Positions 31,057-40,994 are shown, numbered from the stretch's first letter. The stretch: DNA of 44,935 nucleotides from Bacteroidota bacterium (GCA_039026435.1 JBCCMF010000002.1:1-44935); one strand, 5' to 3'. Translations and numbers: made by a program. The notes: generated by a model from the letters alone, not told the origin.

Positions 31057-31611
31057 TCACTTCCACTTGATATTGCACCCCATGCTCGGCTTTTGCGGCT
31101 CCGCGTAGGCCGTGCCCGCCAAGCACGCATCGAGTGCGGCCCGCATGTCGCGCCCGGTCACGGGCTTCCTATTCCCCGGCCGCGAATCATCGAGCTGGCC
31201 GTGGTACACCAGCTTGAGGGCGCCGTCGAAGACGTAGAAGTCGGGCGTGCAGGCGGCGTCATAGGCCTTGGCCACGGCTTGGCTCTCGTCGTAGAGGTAC
31301 GGGAACGGGTAGCCCAGCCGCTCGGCGTGCGTCTTCATGCGCTTCGGCCCGTCCTGCGGATACGCCACGGCGTCGTTGCTGCTGATGGCCACGAAGCCGA
31401 TGCCGCGCGCGCTGTAGTCGTTCGCCAGCCGGATCAGCTCGTCGTTGACGTGCAGCACGAACGGGCAGTGGTTGCAGATAAACATGACGACTGTGCCGTT
31501 GGCGCCGCGCAGGGCCTCCAGCGAGAGGTGCTCGCCGGAGACCGTGTCGGGCAAGGTGAAGGGCGGTGCGGCAGAGCCGATTTCGACGTAGGTGGATGGG
31601 GTGACAGCCAT
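31057..31611 (-). CDS. Thioredoxin-family/AhpC-TSA-like redoxin
   Basis: GSAAPPFTLPD, FICNHCPFV, YLYDESQAVAKAYDAACTPDF and SMGCNIKWK motifs. Confidence 0.92.
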   Translation of the reverse strand: MAVTPSTYVEIGSAAPPFTLPDTVSGEHLSLEALRGANGTVVMFICNHCPFVLHVNDELIRLANDYSARGIGFVAISSNDAVAYPQDGPKRMKTHAERLGYPFPYLYDESQAVAKAYDAACTPDFYVFDGALKLVYHGQLDDSRPGNRKPVTGRDMRAALDACLAGTAYAEPQKPSMGCNIKWK

Positions 31612-31678
31612 GATGAGGTTGGGAATTGGTGAGCGCGATTGCACCCTGAACCCGTGAGCGCGGTGCGATGATTCACGC

Positions 31679-32242
31679 TCAGGCGTCGCGGGTCATCTCG
31701 CGATAGAGCCACGCCTTGGCTACCGTCCACTCGCGCTTGACGGTACGCGGCGATATGCCTAGGACCGCCGCCGTTTCTTCGATGGTGAACCCGACAAAGT
31801 AGCGGCACTCTACGATGCGCGCCCGGCGCGCGTTGGCGGCTTCCAGCCGGGTCAGCGCCTCGTCCAGCGCTACGACTTCGTCGGCGCGTTCATCGCTGAG
31901 GCCCAACGCTTCGTCATAGGCCACGTGCGGGGCGTCGCCACCGCGCTTGAGGCGCATGCGGTTGCGGGCGTAGTTGACGAGGATGCGGCGCATGGCCTGG
32001 GCCGCGATGGCGTAGAAGTGCTGGCGGCTCTGCCACTGCACGCGGTGCTGGTCGATCAGCTTCAGGTAGGCTTCGTGGACGAGCGCGGTTGTGTTGAGCG
32101 TGTGCCCCATGCGCTCCTGACGCAAGTACCGATGCGCCAGCTCGCGCAGGTGCTGATACACCGCGGGCATCAGCGCGTCGAGGGCATCGGGCTGGCCCTC
32201 GGTGTAGGCGTGTAGGAGTTGTGTGACCTGGGCGGCATCCAC
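31679..32242 (-). CDS. ECF sigma factor, STK-associated (ECF43/TIGR02999-like)
   Basis: HTLNTTALVHEAYLKL in place of the DAED motif, AMRRILV..AR..KRGG, LDEAL..L, GISPRTVKREW..AKAWL. Confidence 0.92.
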   Translation of the reverse strand: MDAAQVTQLLHAYTEGQPDALDALMPAVYQHLRELAHRYLRQERMGHTLNTTALVHEAYLKLIDQHRVQWQSRQHFYAIAAQAMRRILVNYARNRMRLKRGGDAPHVAYDEALGLSDERADEVVALDEALTRLEAANARRARIVECRYFVGFTIEETAAVLGISPRTVKREWTVAKAWLYREMTRDA

Positions 32243-32504
32243 GGCGCTGGACGATCAAACGTAGGGCGATGGCGAGCACGGGAGTGAGGCGGAAAGTACG
32301 CGCCACGCAGGATGGATGCCACACTGCACGCCCAGACACCAGCGCGAAGGGGGCAGGCGAGCGACGTGCTTCGCTGTCCTCCCTCGGCATCACCCGCAGA
32401 ATGTGGATGGCCACGGAACTTCGCGCCTGCTGAGTCACTACATGCGCTGGCGCCACCTCCTGAATCGATTACCCCTCGCGGTCATGTTGCAATCCGACCA
32501 AGCG

Positions 32505-34340
32505 ATGGAGCAGAACCGTACGCGGGCGCGGGTCTTCTCCATCATTATCCTCGGCATCCTGCTGATCTTGGGGGGCCGCTTGGTGCACCTGCAGGTGATC
32601 GATGCGCAGAAGTACACAGGCACCGCGAAGGCGCAATCCATCCGCCCTACCCGTGTGATCCCCCCCCGTGGCGTCATCTACGACCGCAACAACATCCTGA
32701 TGGTGGATAACGAGGCCTCGTTCACGCTCACCATCACGCCGCGCTACTTCGACACGACCCAGTACAACCTGCTCGCCTCGCTGATGGAGGTGGAGACGCG
32801 GGTCATCCGCGAGGCCTACAGCAAGGCCCGGGCCTGGAGTGCTACGCGCCCCAGTGCGGCGTTCCGCGAGGTCCCGTTCGATGTCTTCAGCCGGGTGCAG
32901 GAGAACATGCACCGCTTGAAGGGCGTCGAGTTTGAGGATGCGTGGAAGCGGCGCTACCACACCGAGGCGCACGCGGCGCACGCCCTGGGCTACATCCGCG
33001 AGATCAACGACCGCGAGCTGGAGCGGGTACGCGAAGACGGCTACCAGCAGGGCGACCTCTTCGGCAAGTCGGGCATTGAGCGCACGTATGAGTCGTTCCT
33101 GCGCGGCGAGATGGGCGTGGACTTCCGGCAGGTGGACCTGCGCGGGCGCATCCTCAAAGCCGAGCTCGCCGACCAGCCCGACATCCCGGCCGAAAACGGC
33201 TATGACCTCGTCCTGGCCCTCGACAGTAAGGTGCAGGCGCTGGCCGAGTCGCTGTTCGTCAACAAGCGCGGCGGCGCGGTGGCTATCGATGTGAACACCG
33301 GCGGCCTCATCGCGATGGTGAGCATGCCCGACTATGACCCGGAGGTGTTCACGCAGAAGCTGACGCCCGAGGTGTGGAGCACGCTGCAAGGCCCCAGCAA
33401 GCCGATGCTCAACCGTGCTACCCTCAACTTTATGCCGCCGGGTTCCACCTGGAAGCCGTTCATGGCGCTCATGGGCATGCAGACGGGCCTCGTGGGCCCC
33501 AACGAAACCATCATGTGCCGAGGCGGCCATCCGCTCGGGCGCGGGCGCAACCTGACGTGCATGGACGTGCATGGGCCACAGGATGCCGAGGAGGCCATCC
33601 GCAACTCGTGCAACACGTACTTCTTCGAGTTGATGTACCGCGCCCACCTGGGGCAGTTCAAGAAGTACGGCACCATGTTCGGCTTCGGCGTAGAGGCCCC
33701 CACCGACATCCCCGAGCAATCCGCAGGCCTCATCCCCGACTCGGCCTACTTCGACAACTGGCAGGGCAAAGGGAAGTGGGGACCGGGCTGGACCATCAGC
33801 ATGGGCATCGGGCAAGGCAACATGAGCGTCACGCCGCTGCAGCTGGCGCGCTACACGGCAGCCATCGCCAATGAGGGGACGCTGCACAGCCCCCACCTCG
33901 TAGCCTACCTGCGCGACCCGCAGACGGGTGAGACCATCCCCTCCGACGTCCCCCTCCCCGAGCACGTCAACATCGACCCCGAGTATTATCCTGTGGTTAA
34001 GGCAGGCATGCGGCGGGTGATGGAGGAGAGCACCGGGCGGCTCTCGCAGATTCCGGGGATTCCCTCGGCAGGCAAAACGGGAACGGCACAGGCGGGCGGC
34101 ATAAACCGCGAGGACGACTCGCTCTTCATCATGTTCGCGCCCTTCGACGACCCGCAGATTGCCGTGGCTGTGCAGTGCGAGAACGCGGGCTTTGGCGGCA
34201 GCTGCGCAGCCCCCATCGCCAGCCTGATGGCCGAGCAATACCTCAAGGGCGAGATCCCCGACTCCTACGAGAAGACGCTGCGCATGAACCGCGCCCTGGC
34301 GGCCAGCAGCCAACCGCTCCCCACCGCCAAATCCGACTGA
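32505..34340 (+). CDS. mrdA: Penicillin-binding protein 2
   Basis: N-terminal TM helix, RGVIYDRN, PGSTWK (SxxK), SCN (SxN) and GKTGTAQ; followed by rodA. Alternative start 32484. Confidence 0.95.
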   Translation: MEQNRTRARVFSIIILGILLILGGRLVHLQVIDAQKYTGTAKAQSIRPTRVIPPRGVIYDRNNILMVDNEASFTLTITPRYFDTTQYNLLASLMEVETRVIREAYSKARAWSATRPSAAFREVPFDVFSRVQENMHRLKGVEFEDAWKRRYHTEAHAAHALGYIREINDRELERVREDGYQQGDLFGKSGIERTYESFLRGEMGVDFRQVDLRGRILKAELADQPDIPAENGYDLVLALDSKVQALAESLFVNKRGGAVAIDVNTGGLIAMVSMPDYDPEVFTQKLTPEVWSTLQGPSKPMLNRATLNFMPPGSTWKPFMALMGMQTGLVGPNETIMCRGGHPLGRGRNLTCMDVHGPQDAEEAIRNSCNTYFFELMYRAHLGQFKKYGTMFGFGVEAPTDIPEQSAGLIPDSAYFDNWQGKGKWGPGWTISMGIGQGNMSVTPLQLARYTAAIANEGTLHSPHLVAYLRDPQTGETIPSDVPLPEHVNIDPEYYPVVKAGMRRVMEESTGRLSQIPGIPSAGKTGTAQAGGINREDDSLFIMFAPFDDPQIAVAVQCENAGFGGSCAAPIASLMAEQYLKGEIPDSYEKTLRMNRALAASSQPLPTAKSD

Positions 34341-34344
34341 GGCC

Positions 34345-35592
34345 ATGTATCGCAAACTCGACTGGATGCTGTTGTGCAGCTGGCTCGGCTTGGTGGTCAT
34401 CGGCCTCATCTCGATCTACAGCAGCACGTTTGGCCCGTCGCGCGAGTTCTTGCTCGACAGCGTGCAGGAGAACTTCCAGAAGCAACTGCTGTGGCTTGTC
34501 GTCTCCACGGTGGCGATGGGCATCACGCTGACGCTGCCTGTGCGCTTCCTGCGCGCCATTGCGTACCCGGCCTACGTCGTCTCGCTGCTGCTCCTCGTGG
34601 CCGCGTTGCTCTTCGGCCGCGAGATTAACGGCGCCACGTCATGGCTGCACATCGGCCCGGCGAGCATCCAGGTGGCCGAGGTAGCCAAGGTAGGCACCGT
34701 CATGGCCGTGGCCCGCCTGCTCAGTGGCCGCAGGTCGGGCGAGAACGTACGGTATGCCCTGTTTACCATCGTGCTCGTGATGCTGCCTGCGACGCTCATC
34801 CTGATGCAGAACGACACGGGCACGATGCTGGTCTTTTTAGGCCTCATCCCGGTGCTGTTGTTCTGGAGTGGCATCCCCGTGAGCATCGTGTCGCTGCTGA
34901 TTGCTCCCGCCGTGGTGGGCTACTTCGCGATTGTCTACATGCCGCTGGCTATCGCCTTCGCCGCCATCTTCACGCTGGGCATGTACTGGTTCACGAAGGA
35001 CCGTAAGTTGACGGGCGTGATGGGCGTGTTCACAGGCGGCACAGCGCTCGTGGCTGCCATCGCCATCACGTCCATCCTGGCGCCGCACCAGATCGACCGC
35101 ATCAAGTCGTTCACCAACCCCGAGGCCGACGAGTACCGCCAGGGCGTGGGCTTCCACCTCGTGCAGTCCAAGGCCGCCATCGGGTCGGGCGGCGTGTTTG
35201 GGCAGGGCTTTATGCAAGGGCCGCAGACGCAAGGCCAGTACATCCCCGAGCAGTCCACCGACTTCGTGTTCAGCATCGTCGGGGAGGAGTTCGGGCTGGT
35301 GGGCGGGATCGCCGTGCTCGTCTTGTTCGGCATCATGCTCTTGCGGCTCACGTCCATCACGATGGAGGTCAAGCACCAATTCCCGACCATGATCGCCGTG
35401 GGCGCCACCGGCATATACCTCATCCACGTCTTCGTCAACATGGGCATGGTGATGGGCATCTTGCCCGTGATCGGCATACCGCTGACGTTCGTGTCGTACG
35501 GCGGCTCGGCGCTGCTGGCCAACTCGGTGCTGCTGGCCCTGGCCCTCAACCTGCACATGCGGCGCGACGACTTTTCGATTTATGGGTACTGA
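34345..35592 (+). CDS. rodA: Rod shape-determining protein RodA (SEDS glycosyltransferase)
   Basis: QSKAAIGSGG, PEQSTDFVFSIVGEEFG and GIPLTFVSYGGS motifs; about ten TM helices. Confidence 0.96.
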   Translation: MYRKLDWMLLCSWLGLVVIGLISIYSSTFGPSREFLLDSVQENFQKQLLWLVVSTVAMGITLTLPVRFLRAIAYPAYVVSLLLLVAALLFGREINGATSWLHIGPASIQVAEVAKVGTVMAVARLLSGRRSGENVRYALFTIVLVMLPATLILMQNDTGTMLVFLGLIPVLLFWSGIPVSIVSLLIAPAVVGYFAIVYMPLAIAFAAIFTLGMYWFTKDRKLTGVMGVFTGGTALVAAIAITSILAPHQIDRIKSFTNPEADEYRQGVGFHLVQSKAAIGSGGVFGQGFMQGPQTQGQYIPEQSTDFVFSIVGEEFGLVGGIAVLVLFGIMLLRLTSITMEVKHQFPTMIAVGATGIYLIHVFVNMGMVMGILPVIGIPLTFVSYGGSALLANSVLLALALNLHMRRDDFSIYGY

Positions 35593-36976
35593 CCCGCCTG
35601 CCAGCGAAGCGCTCTTTGCCGAGCGCGCCCAAGCGTTGCAGCCCGTCTTTGCCGAACAGCTCATGGCCTTTGCGCAGCGCGGTGCCCACTACGCCGACGG
35701 TTTCTACGAGCACACCGTCTTGCAGCACGGCCGATGGACCCAGCGCGCACGCGGCCGCCTCGCGCCTCCCGATGTACACATTCGCAGCGCCTTGGTCGAA
35801 GGCCTCGCACTCCAGGCACATCATGCCGAGGGGAGCTGGTTTGGCGCGTGCGCAGAGGCGACCCCCGAAGCGGTACAACGGCTCGCCCATCAGTTTCCGG
35901 CACCCGATGCGCCCACAGCGCCCATCTACACCTCCGCTCCAGCATCTGAGGCTGCGATACGCGCCCTGCTCGAACGCACTGCCGATGTTCTCTTTGGGCT
36001 CAGCGCGTCCGTAGTTGAGGTGCGCCTCGAAGCGCAGTCGCGCCTGCGGCATACGCTCGTCGTCAACACCCATGGCGCCACCGTCACCCGCCTCCAGCCG
36101 CTGACGGAGGTACGTGCCGAGGCCGATGTCCAAGGCACACAGGGCACGACATCGGGAGCCGCGCAGCAGGCGGTGATGGGGCTGGCCGATGCGTTTGCTA
36201 ACGACGTCTCAGAACAGGTCGCACGAGACGCCATCGCCCAAGCAGCGCGCCTGGCAGACGCGAAGCCGATGCCATCCGGCGCCTACGCCGTCGTACTCGC
36301 CGCCGGATGGGGCGGCGCGTGGCTGCACGAAGTCATTGGGCACCGCCTAGAGGCCGACGTAGCGTCTGCCGATGGCGCCGCCTCGCTGGGGATCCAGATC
36401 GCCCCAGCAGCCGTCACCCTCTTCGACGACGGCACGTACCCCGGCGGGCGGGCGTCCACGTCGCACGACGATGAGGGGACGCCATCGGCCAAGACGACGC
36501 TTATCCACAACGGGCGCTGCCTCCGCTGGCTCACCGACCGGGCGCACGCAGACAGACTGGGGCTACCGCGCACAGGCAACGGGCGCCGCGCGTCCTACGC
36601 CCATCCGCCGCTGCCGCGCATGACCAACCTCTACCTCGCCTCCGGCATCGACACGCCCGACGCACTCCGCCACGCGGCACAAGACGGCCTCCTCGTCCAC
36701 CAGCTGGGACAGGGCATGATAGACATGGCGGCACGGACGTACCGGGTGTACGTGCGCGAGGGGCGTCGCCTCGAACACGGCCAGCGCACCCACGCCGTGC
36801 GCGATGTGTGGCTGGAAGGCTCGATCGATGACGCCTTACACAGCATCCGAGGTATAGCCAACGACGGCTTCCTCGATGTGCACCGTGGCCGCTGCCTGAA
36901 GCACGGTCAGCACCTACCGATTGGCTGTGGCCTGCCTACGACGTTGCTGTCCACCATTCGCGTCTGCCCTTCCTGA
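35582..36976 (+). CDS. Divergent TldD/PmbA family metalloprotease (TldD-like)
   Basis: WLHEVIGHRLEAD (HExxxH), DDEG, TGNGRR..Y...P.PRMTN and C-terminal CxKxGQ. Overlaps the rodA end by 11 nt. Confidence 0.85.
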   Translation: MGTDPPASEALFAERAQALQPVFAEQLMAFAQRGAHYADGFYEHTVLQHGRWTQRARGRLAPPDVHIRSALVEGLALQAHHAEGSWFGACAEATPEAVQRLAHQFPAPDAPTAPIYTSAPASEAAIRALLERTADVLFGLSASVVEVRLEAQSRLRHTLVVNTHGATVTRLQPLTEVRAEADVQGTQGTTSGAAQQAVMGLADAFANDVSEQVARDAIAQAARLADAKPMPSGAYAVVLAAGWGGAWLHEVIGHRLEADVASADGAASLGIQIAPAAVTLFDDGTYPGGRASTSHDDEGTPSAKTTLIHNGRCLRWLTDRAHADRLGLPRTGNGRRASYAHPPLPRMTNLYLASGIDTPDALRHAAQDGLLVHQLGQGMIDMAARTYRVYVREGRRLEHGQRTHAVRDVWLEGSIDDALHSIRGIANDGFLDVHRGRCLKHGQHLPIGCGLPTTLLSTIRVCPS

Positions 36977-37206
36977 ACCAGGCGCGCTCTACCGTCCCTG
37001 TCTCACTATCTGCGGCGGCATACTTTTTGTCATTCTCTCCTACTGAATCGCTTGGGGATGCGGACGCCGTCAGGTGTAGTAGGGACCCGCAGGGCAAAAC
37101 CATCAGCCCCACTGGTTGCTTTGCCGATGCCCGGGATAAACCTACTGAACGATTCGCCGATACTGCAGCGTACGCTGCACGCCATCAAAGCCGTCAGGCC
37201 CCTGCC

Positions 37207-37329
37207 ATGAGTGAAGCCGTCTGGAAAAAGAAAGCGCGCGACCCGCTGGGCAAGCGGGTGCTGATCGTGGCCTGCGCTGAGGTCGCCTTCTTCATGGTGG
37301 CGTGGCTCGTGATGACCGCCGTGAGCTAA
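37207..37329 (+). CDS. Putative 40-aa single-TM small protein
   Basis: MSEAVWKKKARDPLGKR followed by a hydrophobic helix; GC3-rich codons. Confidence 0.5.
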   Translation: MSEAVWKKKARDPLGKRVLIVACAEVAFFMVAWLVMTAVS

Positions 37330-37399
37330 CGCCGAGAACCTGCCCGAGGCCTTGCGGTAGCATGTGTGCCGATTCATGCTGCTTTCACGCCCTCCTCTC

Positions 37400-37951
37400 A
37401 TGGCCCAGACCGACCTCACGGCACCGGACGCTGCCGTGACCCAGCGCATCCATGCTCTCCCCGACGTTGAACTGGTGCGCCTCATTGAGCAGCGCGACCT
37501 GTACACGCCCGAAGCCGTCACGGTGGCCGTAGCCGAGGCCGAGGCCCGCGGCGGGATCGCCAAGCTGAAAACGCAGACCGACCTCCTACGCATCACGCCC
37601 CACAGGCGCCGCTGGGGGCGCGCCGCGGCCACCGCCTTTGACCGCGTGCTGACATGGCTGCTGGGACGCCCGCCGTCGGACCGTTACCCGGCGTTAGGCC
37701 ACGTGGCCATGACCATGCGCGTGCTCTCCTTCGTCTTCGGCGCCATCTCCGTCTTTCTCGTCGTCAAAGGACTCGGGCAGTTCATGTCCGGCGGCTTCGA
37801 CCAGTGGTTCCTGCGGCTCTTCGAGGCGTTGTGGTCCACGCTGGCGTTCGTGCTGCTCTTCGGCGCCTCCGAGGTGATTCACCTCCTCACCGACATCGAG
37901 CGCAACACCCGCGAGTCGCGCAACCGCCTGCGGCGCAACGACCGGGGCTGA
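37400..37951 (+). CDS. Hypothetical membrane protein (two TM helices)
   Basis: N-terminal L.D.EL......YTPEA..A..E...RG motif, two TM helices, ends LL.DIERNTR. Confidence 0.75.
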   Translation: MAQTDLTAPDAAVTQRIHALPDVELVRLIEQRDLYTPEAVTVAVAEAEARGGIAKLKTQTDLLRITPHRRRWGRAAATAFDRVLTWLLGRPPSDRYPALGHVAMTMRVLSFVFGAISVFLVVKGLGQFMSGGFDQWFLRLFEALWSTLAFVLLFGASEVIHLLTDIERNTRESRNRLRRNDRG

Positions 37952-37954
37952 CGT

Positions 37955-38296
37955 TCATGCCAGCGCGATGGCGTGGTACTCGCTCAGCAGACGCTCTAAA
38001 TCGCTCCGGTACTTGCGCAGCACGCGCAGATCCACGCTGTTCTTGTGCTGACCGGGCACCATGTCGAGCAGGTCCATCTTTTTCGGCTGGATGACCAGTC
38101 GATCCCAGATCAAGCCGCGCCGGATGTGCACCGACAGCAGCGCAGGCGGCTCGATCTTGATGGTGTCTTTCTCCTCATCTACCATGCCCAAGAGCATGTT
38201 TTTGACCTGGACAACGAGGAAGCCGTCGTCGATGTAGACGAGGCCTCTGACTTCGCGGAGGCCCACATCGGGCAGCGAGAAAGCAATGCGATTCAT
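37955..38296 (-). CDS. Hypothetical protein (113 aa, possibly PH-like fold)
   Basis: Clean ORF with coding-like codon usage; beta-rich pattern with a C-terminal helix. Confidence 0.7.
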   Translation of the reverse strand: MNRIAFSLPDVGLREVRGLVYIDDGFLVVQVKNMLLGMVDEEKDTIKIEPPALLSVHIRRGLIWDRLVIQPKKMDLLDMVPGQHKNSVDLRVLRKYRSDLERLLSEYHAIALA

Positions 38297-38369
38297 GGCG
38301 GGGTGGGACGCTGAGGGGAAGGAGCCAGCCCGTGCCTACACGAGCCGACGCCCTCCCAAGTTGCGGCCG

Positions 38370-40994
38370 TTACAAGCTCGGCAGGAGCATGACGGCGTTC
38401 TGCATGAGCCGCGTCGGGCCGAGCCAGAACATGCGATACTGCGTGTTGTCTACCAGGAAGACAACCTGCCCGCGCCCCACGGGCTGCACGCCAGCAAACA
38501 CTTTGTTCGCCAGCTTCTCGCGGTTCTCCTGCGATGTGTAGCCCGAGGCCAACAGGTTATCCGCATCGCCGTCGTAGTAGCCGACCATCTGGTAGCCGCG
38601 GCTGGGTTCGAGCGCGTTCGCGTTCTGCTTCAAGCTGTACAGCGTCTCGGGCAAGCCAAACGCCAGCGGGTGCGACGTGTCGAGGCGGGCGCGCAGGGCA
38701 GAGCCTGGGATGCGGCGCAAGCCCGACGAGTCAGCGCGGGCGCTGTACGGCCCCACGTCCGATGGTTTCAGCGCCGGGCGCTTCTTCTTCTCGTCCTCGC
38801 TCATCTCTGGCGCCTTGGCCATCTCCACGGGCGTCAGTCCCGACTGCCCTTCGGTGAAGAAGAGCGCCGAGCCTTCGGTGCCGATGAGCGTGCCGCCGTC
38901 GCGCACCCAGTGCTGGATACGAGCGAGGGTGGTGGAGTCGAGGGCGCTGCCCAATCCGAAGGCGCCCGGCAGGAGGAGCACGTCGTATTCATTGAGGTCG
39001 AGGCCGCCCACGGCGTCCGTGCGAATGCGCGAGATGCCGAACTCGGTGAAGCGGTCGAACAAGTACCAGAGCTGCCCCGCCGTGTACGACGAGAACGGCG
39101 CATCCACCATGAGCGCCACCTTGGGCTGATGCAGCGGTGCGCTGCTCCGCGACGCGAGGTCCACGCCGTCCGACGCGCGCCCCGAGTCCATGCCGATGAT
39201 CTCCACGCCCGTCTCCTCGGCGATGCGCTGCATGTCAGCGGCGATGCGGGCGCGGTGGTCGTAGTTGCGGCCGTTGAGCACCACGAGCGCGCCCGCGGCA
39301 AACGCCTCACCTCCAATGGTGGAGGGCTCTTGGAGGCTGCGGACGCGGTACCCCTCGCGCCACAGCGCAGCCAGGGCGTTGGGCGCCTTCGTCTGCTGCC
39401 AGTCGATGACGTAGCCGTACTGCGCATCGGCGTTGGTCACGCCCATCGGACGGCTCGGCGGCGCGTCCAGCAGTGTCGTGGCCACGCCAGGGGCGGACGT
39501 GGTCCAGGCGGCATCCAGGTTGTACGCCAGCGGCGCCGACCACGACGCCATGTCGTACATCACCGAGTCCTCAATCGCCATCTGGCGTTGCATCAGCGTG
39601 TTGATGAAGATGTGCTTCGGCTGATCGGTGCGCACGATGAACGCACCCGCATCAAACGCCCGCCGCTCCACTTCGCCCGACCAGTAGCTGCGCGCATCGC
39701 CCACCGTGAAGTCGGCGTCGGCGCGGTGCACCTGGATGTCGTGGTCGAGCATCAGCTTGACGACATCGTACGTGTAGTCGTCTTCGTTATTCGGGAGGAT
39801 GTAGGCGGCCGTCTCGCTCTCGTTGGTCTTCGGCAAGAAGAAGTCGCGGAAGTACTGCTGCAGTTCGGCGCGCTGCTCAGCGACGGTGCGGAGCGAAGCC
39901 ATCGACGTGGTGTAGTGGTCGAAGATGCGTTGCTGGAGCGTGAGCACGTAGCCGTCGTCCGTGTCCACGGCGCGGCCGCCTCGGCTGTGGCCGCCTTGCT
40001 CGGTCAGCATGCCGATGGCGCCCATGATGCTGGGGTACGACGAGCCGTAGCCGGGGTAGAAGAAGTCGAAGACCTCGCGCGTGGCGTAGTTGATCTGGTG
40101 CTTGTCGAACTCCTCCACGTTGGCGTTGCCGAAGACCTCGGCCCAGTAGTCGTAGGCATCTGGCAGGTTCAGGTTGCGCGGCGGCACGCCCGGCATCGTG
40201 AAGTAGTTGGCGTTGAAGCCCTGCTCGTGGTAGTCCACATGGATCTGCGGCAGCCACTCGTTGTAGCGCGCCACGCGGCCCTGGCTCTCGGGATGGATGA
40301 GCCACATCCAGTCGCGGTTGAGATCGAACCAGTAGTGGTTTGTGCGCCCGCCCGGCCATATCTCGTCGTGCTCCAGGTCGAACGGATCCGTGGCCAGCAT
40401 GTGCGCCTGCGACGACTTGTACCAGTACACGTAGCGGTCGCGCCCGTCGGGGTTCATGCACGGGTCGATGATAACCACGGTGTCGTCGAGGATCTGCTGC
40501 GTCTCGGCATCGGTGCCTGCGGCGAGGCGGTAGACAACCTGAATGGCCGTCTCGCCGGTGGAGGGCTCGTTCCCGTGGACGTTGTAGCCCATCCACGACA
40601 CGGCGGGGTTGCTGCCGATGATAGCGCTGGCATCGACATCCGAGAGGTCTGTGCCGCTGGCGAGACGCAAGTTCGTCGTCCTGATCTCGTCGATGCGGTT
40701 GTGATTCGCGGGTGAGGTGATCGTCAGCGTGTAGAGCGGGCGGCCTTCGTACGTACGGCCGTACTCTTCCATCGTGACGCGGTCCGAGGCTTCGGCTACG
40801 GCTTCGAGGTAGTCTACCATCTGGAAGTGCATGGCGTACTCACTGCCCAACTCGTAGCCAAAGAACTCTGCAGGCGTCGGGATGGCGGGGTCGTAGGAGA
40901 GGTCGGGGTCGAACTGGAAGCGCGGCGAGAGAAGCTGCGCGAACGCAGAGGTGCTAAAGCCTGCGAAGAGCAGGAGGAGTACGAGGCGTTTCAT
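38370..40994 (-). CDS. Secreted M14 family zinc carboxypeptidase with a C-terminal GATase-like domain
   Basis: Signal peptide MKRLVLLLLFAG; VHGNE, NPDGR, NHYWFDLNRD and DYHE motifs; YDVLLLPG...GGTLI domain. Confidence 0.92.
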   Translation of the reverse strand: MKRLVLLLLFAGFSTSAFAQLLSPRFQFDPDLSYDPAIPTPAEFFGYELGSEYAMHFQMVDYLEAVAEASDRVTMEEYGRTYEGRPLYTLTITSPANHNRIDEIRTTNLRLASGTDLSDVDASAIIGSNPAVSWMGYNVHGNEPSTGETAIQVVYRLAAGTDAETQQILDDTVVIIDPCMNPDGRDRYVYWYKSSQAHMLATDPFDLEHDEIWPGGRTNHYWFDLNRDWMWLIHPESQGRVARYNEWLPQIHVDYHEQGFNANYFTMPGVPPRNLNLPDAYDYWAEVFGNANVEEFDKHQINYATREVFDFFYPGYGSSYPSIMGAIGMLTEQGGHSRGGRAVDTDDGYVLTLQQRIFDHYTTSMASLRTVAEQRAELQQYFRDFFLPKTNESETAAYILPNNEDDYTYDVVKLMLDHDIQVHRADADFTVGDARSYWSGEVERRAFDAGAFIVRTDQPKHIFINTLMQRQMAIEDSVMYDMASWSAPLAYNLDAAWTTSAPGVATTLLDAPPSRPMGVTNADAQYGYVIDWQQTKAPNALAALWREGYRVRSLQEPSTIGGEAFAAGALVVLNGRNYDHRARIAADMQRIAEETGVEIIGMDSGRASDGVDLASRSSAPLHQPKVALMVDAPFSSYTAGQLWYLFDRFTEFGISRIRTDAVGGLDLNEYDVLLLPGAFGLGSALDSTTLARIQHWVRDGGTLIGTEGSALFFTEGQSGLTPVEMAKAPEMSEDEKKKRPALKPSDVGPYSARADSSGLRRIPGSALRARLDTSHPLAFGLPETLYSLKQNANALEPSRGYQMVGYYDGDADNLLASGYTSQENREKLANKVFAGVQPVGRGQVVFLVDNTQYRMFWLGPTRLMQNAVMLLPSL

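Noticed and set aside
32415-32445. GGAACTT upstream of mrdA as an ECF -35 element
   Set aside because: No convincing -10 at 16-17 nt spacing.
32469-34409. 646-aa minus-strand ORF (and similar long shadows at 488-1990, 6455-7810, 20620-22020, 27500-28648)
   Set aside because: All are antisense to well-supported genes, with low-complexity Arg/Ala/Gly-rich translations.
37090-37135. CAGGGCAAAACCAT resembles the start of a c-di-GMP-I riboswitch
   Set aside because: No GNRA-capped P2 and no GACGCAAA junction follow.
38286-40715. 809-aa plus-strand ORF
   Set aside because: Antisense shadow of the M14 peptidase; expected in high-GC DNA and has no recognisable motifs.
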